From Candidatus Omnitrophota bacterium (GTDB lineage: Bacteria; Omnitrophota; Gorgyraeia; Duberdicusellales; 4484-171), in NCBI GenBank assembly GCA_003154195.1, contig PMCS01000029.1:24142-88141 (forward strand): 64,000 nucleotides of DNA, written 5' to 3'. Position numbers and translations under genes: made by a program. This document shows, piece after piece, positions 49,547 to 58,962 of the stretch (positions are counted from its first letter, which is position 1; each line of letters starts with the position of its first letter). The notes under the pieces were generated by a model. That model was given only the letters and a program-made list of their open reading frames with translations. It had not been told where the DNA came from and ran no database searches.

Positions 49547-50890
49547 CTAAGCCTCATTAAGATGCGACTGGATTCGTTCGAAAAGTTGATCGGGAGTCGT
49601 ACCATCAATGGGGTTTTCCGCGACGGCAAAAGAAAAACGCACTGGTAATTTTTCGCTGTCCTTGAAAGAATCCGACAGCGCTTCCTTCAACTGCGTTCCG
49701 ATATAATGGCTTTGCCTCTTGCTTCTTTCAATCAGGATGACGCCGATTTTATTTTCTTGTATACGGCCTAAGATATCAATCGGCCTTATGTTATTTTTGA
49801 ATATACTAACCGCCTTTTTCAAAATCCTCTCCAGCTCAATCATGCCAAACTTATGTTCATAATCCATACCATTGGTAATTTCTATTACCAAAAAAGCGCA
49901 CGGTCTTTGATAAATCGAAGCCCGGTTTATTTCTTCCTGAAGGCGCACGAAGAAAAATTTCTCATTATATATGCCGGTTAAAGGATCTTTTATTTCTAGA
50001 TCCTCTACTCTTTTGGCAAGAAGCTGGTGTTCCCAGATAATACCGGTATTTCTGGCGAATAACTCTATGATTTGGCAGTCCTCGTCGGAAAAAGCAAAAT
50101 CATCGTCGCGATTACCGGCAATTATAAATCCGATGACTCTATCCCGCAAAGATACGGGATTGACGATAATATTCTTGGCATTAATAATATTTTGCAAGAA
50201 AATTATAGAATCCGCTTTATGTTTTTTATCGATGATTTGCCGTTCTTTTATTTTTAAAAAATTTGCGAATTCGCCGCTTTCAAGCAATTGGCGGGCATTG
50301 CTTAAATTTATCCCGTGCAAAAATATATCATAATTATCGCCGGAGTATTTTTTGATCAGGGTAATCGCCGCTCCGGCTCCGATAATGCCTTTCAGCCGCT
50401 CCGTTAAAAACTGCAGGATTTCTTCCAACGGACCGCCTTTGGAAAATAAAATATTGGCCTGGAGAATAGTCGAAAAAACATTAACTTTTTGCGTAATCGC
50501 CTTATTTAATTCTTCAGTCCTATGGCTTACTTCTTTAAGCTCCTCCACGCTTTCTTTCACCTTGGAAGAAAGCGTGCTAAAAATAAGGTCCAGCCTTTCT
50601 ACTTCATTTTTTACGTAATTTTCGGACCCAATAGCTTCCATTGAATCGACTATTCTGCTGGATTTATTGTGGATTCGTAAAATAGAAAAGAAAACATCGA
50701 AAATAAACCACCAACCGATAAGAGCAAGAGATACCACAATAAAGATTACCGAACCGGTTATGGGAAAAAGATTAGTCAAATAGTGGAAAATCAACGCGGC
50801 CGGAAAAAACGTGGTAAAGGCAAAAGCAAGCCAGAGCCGGCTTTTTAAACTTATTTTGCTTAAGGAAGACTTTTTCTCGGTTGTTTTCAT
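49547..50890 (-). CDS. Membrane GAF plus degenerate GGDEF protein
   Basis: 2 TM, GAF, DPLTG; RPID I-site but IQENK in place of GGDEF. Confidence 0.82.
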   Translation of the reverse strand: MKTTEKKSSLSKISLKSRLWLAFAFTTFFPAALIFHYLTNLFPITGSVIFIVVSLALIGWWFIFDVFFSILRIHNKSSRIVDSMEAIGSENYVKNEVERLDLIFSTLSSKVKESVEELKEVSHRTEELNKAITQKVNVFSTILQANILFSKGGPLEEILQFLTERLKGIIGAGAAITLIKKYSGDNYDIFLHGINLSNARQLLESGEFANFLKIKERQIIDKKHKADSIIFLQNIINAKNIIVNPVSLRDRVIGFIIAGNRDDDFAFSDEDCQIIELFARNTGIIWEHQLLAKRVEDLEIKDPLTGIYNEKFFFVRLQEEINRASIYQRPCAFLVIEITNGMDYEHKFGMIELERILKKAVSIFKNNIRPIDILGRIQENKIGVILIERSKRQSHYIGTQLKEALSDSFKDSEKLPVRFSFAVAENPIDGTTPDQLFERIQSHLNEA

Positions 50891-50897
50891 TTATCCC

Positions 50898-50962
50898 CCT
50901 AATCCGGCAAAGCCGGAATTAAAAAAAATAAGTCAGAACTCCGGCTTTGCCGGATTAGGCGA
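50898..50962. repeat. Family B palindrome
   Basis: Same ends as 612-676. Confidence 0.85.
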
Positions 50963-51050
50963 CCGAAAAATTGGCGAAGCACATTTTTCGGTTCATAAAA
51001 CCCTGGGGTTTTTTCGCTCGAGGCGAAACTTTGTCAAAAGTTAGAAACTT

Positions 51051-51581
51051 TCATGATGCCTTCGGCCGCCTGGGCGGATTTACCATCTCGATCATGCTTT
51101 TGATAAATTCTTTTTCGACGGATACTAATTTAAAATGGTGTTCCAAAAGAAGGGTATTTTTGGAAGAACTCTTGAGTTTCTGTTGTTTATTGAGCAGCCA
51201 CTTTTTTACTTTTTCAAGAAACATCAGGCGAAACCGAAGCGCCGTCGACATTTCTTTTTTATTGATAAAATGAGAAAAATAGAGCGCGATATCCGACTCG
51301 ATAAACGGCCTTGCCTGCGAAAGCAAAGTCTGTTTACATAACTTCAAAAATTCTTTTTCGCCATGGGTAGTTATCGAATAAACGTACTTTTTTGCGTTTT
51401 TCCCTTGTGTTTCTTTTTTGCGGACCAAACCCTCTTTTTTCATCTGGTTAAGAGGGTAATATATGGACTTATTTTCTAAACCGAAAAAAACGCCCAGTTC
51501 GTCTTGTATATATTTCTTAATATCGTAACCGGACGATGGTTTTTCTTTTAAACTACCTAATATGATAAGTCTTTGAATCAT
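51051..51581 (-). CDS. PadR-family regulator
   Basis: IILGSL...SGYDIK...SIY..L; start reassigned to ATG 51581. Confidence 0.88.
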   Translation of the reverse strand: MIQRLIILGSLKEKPSSGYDIKKYIQDELGVFFGLENKSIYYPLNQMKKEGLVRKKETQGKNAKKYVYSITTHGEKEFLKLCKQTLLSQARPFIESDIALYFSHFINKKEMSTALRFRLMFLEKVKKWLLNKQQKLKSSSKNTLLLEHHFKLVSVEKEFIKSMIEMVNPPRRPKAS

Positions 51582-51624
51582 CCAGTGACCCTTCGCTAAC
51601 GCTTCAGGGCAATCCCTTGCGGGA

Positions 51625-51684
51625 AAATTCAACTACCGCCTCAATCTACGCCCTTCGGGCTTGATTTCGGCGAAGTCTCATTAA
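51625..51684 (-). repeat. Family A element overlapping the accA 3' end
   Basis: TAATGAGACTT-cgcc...ggcg-GTAGTTGAATT. Confidence 0.85.
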
Positions 51685-52627
51685 AAACACCTAATTTTCT
51701 AAATTTATCGTATCGGTTACGCATAAATTCTCCGGATAGTGCGGATACTTCCTCTAAATTATTCAAAAGGGCGAGTTTCAAATTGTTCGCCGCTTCTTCA
51801 TGATTGTTATGGGCGCCGCCTTCAGGCTCCGGTATAATTTGGTCGATGATTCCCAATCCCAGTAAATCCGGCGCGGTTAATTTTAACACTTTAGCCGCCT
51901 CTTCCTTTTTGGCCGAATCCTTCCACAAGATAGCCGCGCACCCTTCCGGTGAAATCACGGAATAATAAGCATATTCCAACATCAAAACCTTATCGCCCAC
52001 GCCGATGCCCAGGGCGCCGCCGGAACCGCCTTCGCCGATAACGATAGCGATAACCGGGGTTTTTAAAGAAAACATATCCCGGATATTTTCCGCAATCGCC
52101 TGGGCCTGGCCTCTTTCTTCCGCGCCGATACCCGGATAAGCTCCGGGCGTATCAATAAAACAGATTATCGGCATGTTGAAACGTTCGGCAAGCTTCATCA
52201 CCCTCATCGCTTTTCGATAACCTTCCGGATGAGCGCAGCCGAAATTACGCTCGATGTTTTCTTTGGTATCTTTGCCTTTTTGGTGCCCGATCACGGCGAC
52301 TTTCTTTCCTTCTATTTTGGCAAAACCGCAGATCATCGCCCGGTCCTCGCCGAAGAGCCGGTCGCCGCAAAGCAAAATAAAATCTTTCATAAGCAAATTT
52401 ATATAATCAAGGGTGGCCGGCCGATTCGGATGTCGCGCAATCTGTACCTTCTGCCAGGGATTAAGGTGGGAATAAATTTCCGTTTTCAGCTTTTTCAACT
52501 TCTCTTCGAGATTGGTAATATCTGAAGAAAGGTTTACTTTTTTAAACTGGGAAAACCTTTTGAGTTCTTCTATCTTGTTTTTTAATTCTATGATCGGTTT
52601 TTCAAATTCCCAAGTATGATGTGCCAT
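51641..52627 (-). CDS. accA: Acetyl-CoA carboxylase carboxyltransferase alpha
   Basis: ARHPNRP, PEGYRKA, DTPGAYPG, GEGGSGGA. Confidence 0.97.
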   Translation of the reverse strand: MAHHTWEFEKPIIELKNKIEELKRFSQFKKVNLSSDITNLEEKLKKLKTEIYSHLNPWQKVQIARHPNRPATLDYINLLMKDFILLCGDRLFGEDRAMICGFAKIEGKKVAVIGHQKGKDTKENIERNFGCAHPEGYRKAMRVMKLAERFNMPIICFIDTPGAYPGIGAEERGQAQAIAENIRDMFSLKTPVIAIVIGEGGSGGALGIGVGDKVLMLEYAYYSVISPEGCAAILWKDSAKKEEAAKVLKLTAPDLLGLGIIDQIIPEPEGGAHNNHEEAANNLKLALLNNLEEVSALSGEFMRNRYDKFRKLGVFNETSPKSSPKGVD

Positions 52628-52635
52628 AATAATTT

Positions 52636-52744
52636 ACCAAAAAACGAAAAAACCTAAAAACCAAAAAACTATTTTTGATTCCCCGGTTTTTCAGCTTCAA
52701 AATTTTCAGGTTCTTTCGTTTTTTATGTTTTTCGGTTTTAGGTT
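52636..52744. repeat. Family K 8-mer palindrome
   Basis: (ACCNAAAA)n ... (TTTTNGGT)n. Confidence 0.75.
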
Positions 52745-52758
52745 ATCCGCCGTTACCG

Positions 52759-53562
52759 TCAGTTAACAACAGTTACTTCCGTCCCCGTGCCGACGATATC
52801 GTAAAGTTCTTCAACCTCTTCGTTTTTCATCCGGACACAGCCGGCCGTTACTTGTTTGCCTAAATCCTGGGGCATGGTAGTGCCGTGTATGCCATAACCT
52901 TTCTTGTCCAGGCCAAGCCAGCGTGACCCCAGGATATTTTCGGGGCTGTCCGACGGCAGCACCGCGCCCGCTTTAAACCAGGTAGGATTCGGGAGTTTAT
53001 TCACGATCTTAAAAGTCCCCACCGGCGTACAGTTATTCTTGCCCGTAGAAACAACATAGGTCTTTAAAATTTCGTCGCCTCTTTTCAAAAAAAGCAGGTT
53101 TTGCGATTTATAAACAAGGATAGAAAACGGGCTGGTATTTATTTTCAGGGTTTGGCCGACGTTTAAAATATCGGATTTTAAATTATTAGCGCGCTTGATC
53201 AGATCGACCGTAGTATTAAATTTATTGGCAATTTTTATTAAAACATCGCCGGGCTTTACCGTGTATTGGGTACTGCCCTCATCTAAAGCGGAAGAAAACA
53301 ACAGCTTCAAGCTTATATCTTCAATCGCCTTTCTGGTATCTTTAAGCTTTTCGGCGTCAATGGTATTTTCTAAAACTTTCTGATATTCTTTTTTCGCCCC
53401 GCGTAAATCTCCTTTGGCCAAAGCGCTTTCCGCTTCCCGCAGGAATGGTATTTGTTCAAGCCTGGCCGCTTCTTTATTTTTACTGTTCGCGATAAAAAAA
53501 ATAGCCGCTCCGGCCGCCAAAACAAGAATAATTACCGACGTAACAATAAGTAGTTTTTTCAT
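52759..53562 (-). CDS. LysM plus L,D-transpeptidase
   Basis: YTVKPGD LysM; IHGT...TAGCVRM. Confidence 0.92.
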   Translation of the reverse strand: MKKLLIVTSVIILVLAAGAAIFFIANSKNKEAARLEQIPFLREAESALAKGDLRGAKKEYQKVLENTIDAEKLKDTRKAIEDISLKLLFSSALDEGSTQYTVKPGDVLIKIANKFNTTVDLIKRANNLKSDILNVGQTLKINTSPFSILVYKSQNLLFLKRGDEILKTYVVSTGKNNCTPVGTFKIVNKLPNPTWFKAGAVLPSDSPENILGSRWLGLDKKGYGIHGTTMPQDLGKQVTAGCVRMKNEEVEELYDIVGTGTEVTVVN

Positions 53563-53593
53563 ATCCTCCTAATTTTAGTCGACAAAATTCCAA

Positions 53594-54043
53594 TCACTTA
53601 TAGAGCAGCAGCGCAACAACAACCCCCACGATGGCGCCCACAAAAACTTCGATGGGAGTATGCCCTACCAATTCCCGCAGCCTTTCATCGATAGGCTTCT
53701 TATTTTCCTGTAGATCGCCCATCATTCTATTCAATATTTTGGCTTGAGCGCCGACCGACCGGCGCCAAGTCTGAGCGTCAAACATCGTTACCAGGGCGAA
53801 TATCGTGCTTAACGCGAAAAACGGCGAATTAAACCCTAATCCCTTGCCGATACAAATAGCCAAAGATACCACGGCGGCGCTATGGCTGGAAGGCATACCT
53901 CCCGTACCGAGAATCCAGGAAAAATTAAACTTCTTTTTGCTGCATACCCCAATAATAATTTTGGCGCCTTGAGCGATGAACCAGGAGAGAAGCGTTACCC
54001 ATAAAGCCCGATTGTTGAGAACCTGTGCCCAGAATTCTTTCAT
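53594..54043 (-). CDS. Divergent PAP2 family protein (DUF212)
   Basis: GGMPSSHSA, ELVGHTP. Confidence 0.92.
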   Translation of the reverse strand: MKEFWAQVLNNRALWVTLLSWFIAQGAKIIIGVCSKKKFNFSWILGTGGMPSSHSAAVVSLAICIGKGLGFNSPFFALSTIFALVTMFDAQTWRRSVGAQAKILNRMMGDLQENKKPIDERLRELVGHTPIEVFVGAIVGVVVALLLYK

Positions 54044-54224
54044 AATACCTATTATTATAAAGAAAAAGCGCTATTGCGCAATAAAAAAATTCCTTACGTC
54101 CAGCTGTCCCTGTGCCAACGCCGCAAAAAATTTAGCCGATTACATAAAGTTTCTCCTCGCCGGAATTTTTTTATCTGTTTTGCCCGCCAAAAGGTGAAAA
54201 CTTTTGGCGGGCAAACTTTCCCTT

Positions 54225-55478
54225 TTATAAGGATTCAAGGAAAGCTTTAAGTTTCTTTTCCTCGCCCACATCTAAAGGAAAATAATACTTTTTCTTTGTG
54301 CCGTAATCCTGCGCGACATAACCTCCCTGGTCACCCCTCTGATAATCATGAGGATATTGATAATCCTTGGCATGGGTTTTAATATGGCCGGGAACTTCTC
54401 TGGTATTCTCGTTCTCCACATCCGCTAACGCCGCTCCGATTGCTTTAGCAGCGGAATTGGATTTAGGCGAACAGGCTAAATATATCGTAGTTTGCGCCAA
54501 AATCAGGTTGGCCTCCGGCATCCCCACAAATTCCACGGCATTAAAACAACTCGCCGCCATCACCAGACCGAACGGATTGGCGTTGCCGATATCCTCGGCG
54601 GCTAAAATCACCAGCCTCCGGGCGATAAACCGCGGGTCTTCGCCGCCGGTAAGCATCTTGGCCAGCCAATATAAGGCGCTATCCACGCTGGAGCCTCTTA
54701 CCGATTTTATAAAAGCTGAGATTGTATCATAATGATAATCGTCTTTCTTATCATAAAAAATATTCTTCTGGATACTTTCCTTTACCACTCCCATATCTAT
54801 TATAACTGTCCCGTCATTATCAACGGAAGTGCTCAATACCGCGACTTCCAGGCTGTTTAAAGCTTTTCGGGCGTCGCCGGAACTCATTACTACTAAATAC
54901 TTCAGCGCTTCTTCGGATATTTGCGTTTTGTGACCGCCCAGGCCGTTTTCTTTATCTCCCAGCGCTCGTTTTAACAGCGATAAAACCGCCTCATCGCTAA
55001 GCGGTTTAAACTGGCCGACAATCGAACGGGAAATCAAAGATTTAATCAGGTAATAATGGGGATTATAAATCGTCGCGCCGATAAAGATTATTCCGCCGCT
55101 TTCGGTATCCGGCACCAGCGCTTCCTGCTGGAGTTTATTAAACCGGTGGACTTCATCGATAAACAAAATCGTTTTACGGTTTTTTTCATTCAGTTTGCTT
55201 TTCGCCGCCGCTAAAATTTTCTTCACTTCCGCCGTCGAGGTAAACGCGGCATTTAAATATTCGAAGTCGGCTTCGATGTTGTTGGCAATAATCAAACCGA
55301 GGGTAGTTTTGCCGGTCCCCGGCGGCCCGTAAAAAATCAGCGAGGGAACTTTTTTCGCAATAATCACCCGGCGCAACAGCTTCCCTTCACCGAGGATGTG
55401 TTCCTGCCCCGCGAAATCTTCCAGAGTTTTCGGCCGCATGCGCACAGCCAGGGGTTCGTTGGAGTTTGTCGAATTCAT
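54225..55478 (-). CDS. rarA: Replication-associated recombination protein A
   Basis: PLAVRMRP, GPPGTGKT, DEVHRFNK, SAFIKSVRGS. Confidence 0.96.
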   Translation of the reverse strand: MNSTNSNEPLAVRMRPKTLEDFAGQEHILGEGKLLRRVIIAKKVPSLIFYGPPGTGKTTLGLIIANNIEADFEYLNAAFTSTAEVKKILAAAKSKLNEKNRKTILFIDEVHRFNKLQQEALVPDTESGGIIFIGATIYNPHYYLIKSLISRSIVGQFKPLSDEAVLSLLKRALGDKENGLGGHKTQISEEALKYLVVMSSGDARKALNSLEVAVLSTSVDNDGTVIIDMGVVKESIQKNIFYDKKDDYHYDTISAFIKSVRGSSVDSALYWLAKMLTGGEDPRFIARRLVILAAEDIGNANPFGLVMAASCFNAVEFVGMPEANLILAQTTIYLACSPKSNSAAKAIGAALADVENENTREVPGHIKTHAKDYQYPHDYQRGDQGGYVAQDYGTKKKYYFPLDVGEEKKLKAFLESL

Positions 55479-55715
55479 TTTAAATTTACTAATTATACCG
55501 CGGTTTTATTAAATGGGGTAGGGATTCCAGGGAATAAAAGATAAGTGTGGTTGTATCCGCCATAATTCATCGACGGATTATTTAGTGTTCTATATTTAGC
55601 CCAAAAAATTCAACCGCCCTTTTATAATTGCAGCCATATATATCCGCCCCAGAGTCGTCGGCGGATTATTTTCCCCGCAAGGAATAAGCCTATATAACTG
55701 CGGGGAAAATAAAAA

Positions 55716-55866
55716 AACCCTGCCGTAAGTACGTAGCGGGCAAGTAGACCTACAGCAATTCTCACGCAAGTGGGTACCCTATCAACGGCTTTACGCCGAG
55801 GAAATCAGGCTCCCTATTAAGTATTTGGCTGTAATACTTAAAGCCCGCTTCGATACAGGCAGGGTT
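55716..55866 (-). ncRNA. ssrS: 6S RNA-like (copy 1, ~151 nt)
   Basis: Rod fold: AACCCUGCC/GGCAGGGUU closing stem, AGCGGGC/GCCCGCU, UACAGC/GCUGUA, internal bubbles, GGGAGC and CCCACUUG motifs; downstream of pheT. Confidence 0.72.
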
Positions 55867-55938
55867 GTTGTTAACGCCGTTATGTATCCAAGCGCGATCA
55901 TGTTATCCAATTATATTAAGAGCGTTTCTACTTTTGTT

Positions 55939-55963
55939 ATAACACTTTTTCCAAATTTGGCAA
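55939..55963 (-). promoter_or_regulatory. Putative promoter upstream of 6S copy 1 (approximate)
   Basis: TTGCCA-16 nt-TATAAC with TG extension. Confidence 0.45.
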
Positions 55964-55971
55964 GAAAAAAA

Positions 55972-56031
55972 TAATGAGACTTATCCAGCGCTAATTTAAA
56001 AATGAAATTAGTGCTGGATGTAGTCGGATTA
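55972..56031 (+). repeat. Family A element
   Basis: TAATGAGACTT-atcc...ggat-GTAGTCGGATTA. Confidence 0.8.
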
Positions 56032-56249
56032 CCCCGGAACGAAGCGGAGGGGTAACACTCGAAAAACCTAATAGATACAAGGGTTTTTATGGTTATGCAA
56101 AAAATATTTTGAGTGAAAACCGGCAGGATAGGGGGGTATCAACCCCTGCTCGTAAACCGCCCCAAAAATTTCTTCGATATTTTTGGGGCACTCGCGGGGT
56201 AAGTGCGGCTAAGCTCCGAAAAATCGGAGTTAAGCCGCACTAAATAAAA

Positions 56250-56374
56250 AAACCCCGCTTTGAGTCCGTCCAGGAATTTCGCGTTCAGTCTCTCGTTCAA
56301 GGTGGGAGCTCCATAGCTCCCAAACAATGTATTTGGCTGAAGCGTCTTACCCGTAAACGCGACAAGCAGGGTTT
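56250..56374 (-). ncRNA. ssrS: 6S RNA-like (copy 2, ~125 nt, short apical stem)
   Basis: AAACCCUGCUU/AAGCGGGGUUU closing stem, UUCAG/CUGAA, UGGGAGCU/AGCUCCCA; shares CAGCCAAAUAC, GGGAGC and CCCAC with copy 1. Confidence 0.62.
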
Positions 56375-56700
56375 TTTAGCGCTTTAGTTTAAGTATCCGG
56401 TGAAATGTAAAGAACGATTTTCCCTCTTCCCTTTCTTCAACGTATTTATAACATTTATTCCCGCACGTTACAAGGCTCCAGGCGCCCTGGAATGTAAACG
56501 TTTTCCGATTTACCTGCGAACCGTAAATGTGCACCGAAGCTCCGCGGCCCTACCGGCGTGGCCCTTTGGTGCGTGGATAAAATTAATAACACATGTGGAA
56601 AATAATGTTATGGAAAAATGCAGCGATAGTATTTTTAAAAATAAGCTGCATTTTTAATTTTTAATCGGAAAACGCTTTGGTTCTTAAAAGTGTTTTCCGA

Positions 56701-58704
56701 TTAACGCAGGGTTATACCGTTGATTTTGCTTAAGGTATCGCGCAATAATTGGTGGGAAGAATCTACTTCTTCAGAGGTTAAAGTCCTGTCGGCAGCCTGA
56801 TAAAAAACTCTTAAAGTAAAAGCGGCGCAATCGGGAGGGATGTTTTTCCCCCGATAAATATCCACGACTTTATAGCTGCAAAGTTCCCGTCCGACGCCTT
56901 TTACGGCTTTTTCTACACCGCTGAATTTAATCTTGTTTTGGGCTAAAATGCTGATATCCCGCCATACGGCAGGATAGGGGCTGAATGGTTTATAAGTCTT
57001 ATCCCGCCTTAAATCCAAAAGTGTATTTAAGTCAAATTGCGCGAAATAAAGGTTTTCTTTTAAATCAAATTCTTTTCTTATCTTTTCGTCAAGCTTGCCC
57101 AAGAACCCCGCTGGTTTTCCGTCGGCGTAAACCTGAAGGGCATTGGTAAAATTATTTAATTCCGCTTCCTTAAATTCTAGTTGCGGCCGGTTAAGAAAAA
57201 TAAAAATCTCTTGTGTTGCTCTTTTCAAGTAGAAAAAATCTTCGTGGGAACCGCTGGCCGCAAGGCTAAGCGCGCCGGCCTCACGGAATCCGTTATCCGC
57301 GCGTTGATAAATGTTGGCCGTTTCGAAAAATCTCAATTTAGTCTGGCTGCGGTTCAAATTATGCCGCATCGCTTTAATCATCCCGGGAAGCAGGCTGGGC
57401 CGTAAAACATTTTCCTGGCTACGCATCGGGTTGCTTAAAGGCAGCGGGTCTTTTTCGCCGAGCCTTAAAAGCTCTTCGCCGCTCTCCAAGCTATAAGTGA
57501 TAATCTCTTTCAGCCCCAGGGAAGCAATAAAAACCCTTAATTCATTTTTAAACGCGTAAAACCGGCCCAAAGGGCCGGTTTTTAAAACCCGCTTTTCCGG
57601 AGAGATTAAAAAAGGAATCTTGGTTTTTATATTGTTATAACCATAAATACGGCTAAATTCCTCGTAAACGTCTACTTCCCGCTTAATGTCCAATCTTAGC
57701 GCCGGCGCCAACAATGAAATATTCCCCGCCGATTCCTTAGTCGTAGAAAACCCCAGGTTAGCCAGAATATTTTTCAGCTTCACGGGGGAAAATTCTTCAC
57801 CCAGATAACGGTTCATATGGGCGATATCGATCCGGACTGCCTGCCGCTTCACCAAAGGTTTTTTACCGGCCTGTTGGTAACCGGAAAAGGCGCCGGCACA
57901 CAATTGCCCGATTAAATCAGAGGCTTCCTGCGAAGCGCACTCAAGACAATCGGGGTGGACCATGCGTTCAAAACGATAACTTGAATCGGTATCCAAACCG
58001 ACAGCCCGGCGGGAACGCCGGACGACCACCGGCGAGAAAATCGCCGCTTCCAGAAATATATTTTTTGTGTTTTTATCGACCTCGGTATTTTTTCCACCGA
58101 TCACTCCGGCCAAAGCGATGGCTTTCCGGTCATCGGCGATGACTAAGTTTTCTCCCGACAAAACTCTCTCTTTTTCGTCTATCCCGATAAATTTTTCGCC
58201 GGTTTTAGCGCGGCGAATATATACATTGCCTTCTATTTTGTCTAAATCAAAAGCATGCAGGGGGTTACCCCACTTAAGCATGCAATAATTGGTAATGTCC
58301 ACGGCGTTGGAGATAGAATTAATCCCGCAGTGAGCAACTTTTTGCGCCAGGCCGGCCGACGAATCGGAAACCTTAACATCACGGACAATCCGGGCGATAT
58401 AAAACGGGCAATCGGAAATATTCTCGATGACAATCTTCCGGTCGCGGATTAACGGTTTTTTGATGAGCTCAACATGGGGTAAATTGAATTTTTTATGCGT
58501 GCAGGCGGCGATTTCTCCGGCAATGCCGACCAGAGACAGCCAATCATAGCGGTTGGTAGTAACTTCGATATCGAAAATCCAGTCATCTCCGGCTTGTTCG
58601 TAATGCTCTACCTCCATCCCGGCCATGGTCAGGACCTGGACCAATTCCTGGGGCGGCATCTCAATCGGGAATAATTCTTTGATAAAGTTTAGGCTGAATC
58701 TCAT
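56701..58704 (-). CDS. pheT: Phenylalanyl-tRNA synthetase beta subunit (lacks B2 OB domain)
   Basis: TTNRYD, PLHAFD, SSYRFER, DVYEE; 667 aa. Confidence 0.96.
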   Translation of the reverse strand: MRFSLNFIKELFPIEMPPQELVQVLTMAGMEVEHYEQAGDDWIFDIEVTTNRYDWLSLVGIAGEIAACTHKKFNLPHVELIKKPLIRDRKIVIENISDCPFYIARIVRDVKVSDSSAGLAQKVAHCGINSISNAVDITNYCMLKWGNPLHAFDLDKIEGNVYIRRAKTGEKFIGIDEKERVLSGENLVIADDRKAIALAGVIGGKNTEVDKNTKNIFLEAAIFSPVVVRRSRRAVGLDTDSSYRFERMVHPDCLECASQEASDLIGQLCAGAFSGYQQAGKKPLVKRQAVRIDIAHMNRYLGEEFSPVKLKNILANLGFSTTKESAGNISLLAPALRLDIKREVDVYEEFSRIYGYNNIKTKIPFLISPEKRVLKTGPLGRFYAFKNELRVFIASLGLKEIITYSLESGEELLRLGEKDPLPLSNPMRSQENVLRPSLLPGMIKAMRHNLNRSQTKLRFFETANIYQRADNGFREAGALSLAASGSHEDFFYLKRATQEIFIFLNRPQLEFKEAELNNFTNALQVYADGKPAGFLGKLDEKIRKEFDLKENLYFAQFDLNTLLDLRRDKTYKPFSPYPAVWRDISILAQNKIKFSGVEKAVKGVGRELCSYKVVDIYRGKNIPPDCAAFTLRVFYQAADRTLTSEEVDSSHQLLRDTLSKINGITLR

Positions 58705-58721
58705 TGTAAGTTTAACTCCCG

Positions 58722-58961
58722 GCGCTGATGATCGCTGATTAAAAGATGCTGATGATCACAGATAATTGAAAATCCCAAATTCCAATATCCAAATCCCAAA
58801 TAAATTCCAATATTCAAATTTCAGACTCCAAACAAAAAATTATTTGTTTCGGTAATTGGGTATTGGAATTTGGATATTATTTGGGATTTGGTATTTGTTA
58901 TTTGGAATTTCATCGTCTTATCAGCGATCATCTGTTTCTTCTCATCTGTGATCATCTGCGT
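58722..58961. repeat. Family H palindrome containing nested family I palindrome (58768-58911)
   Basis: Outer GATGATCRCWGAT / ATCWGYGATCATC arms; inner 7-mer AAATCCC / GGGATTT arms. Confidence 0.9.
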
Positions 58962-58962
58962 A

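Noticed and set aside
49319-49629. N-terminal extension of the MshEN ORF and the 72-aa ORF
   Set aside because: They read through family C repeats and have no protein-like features.
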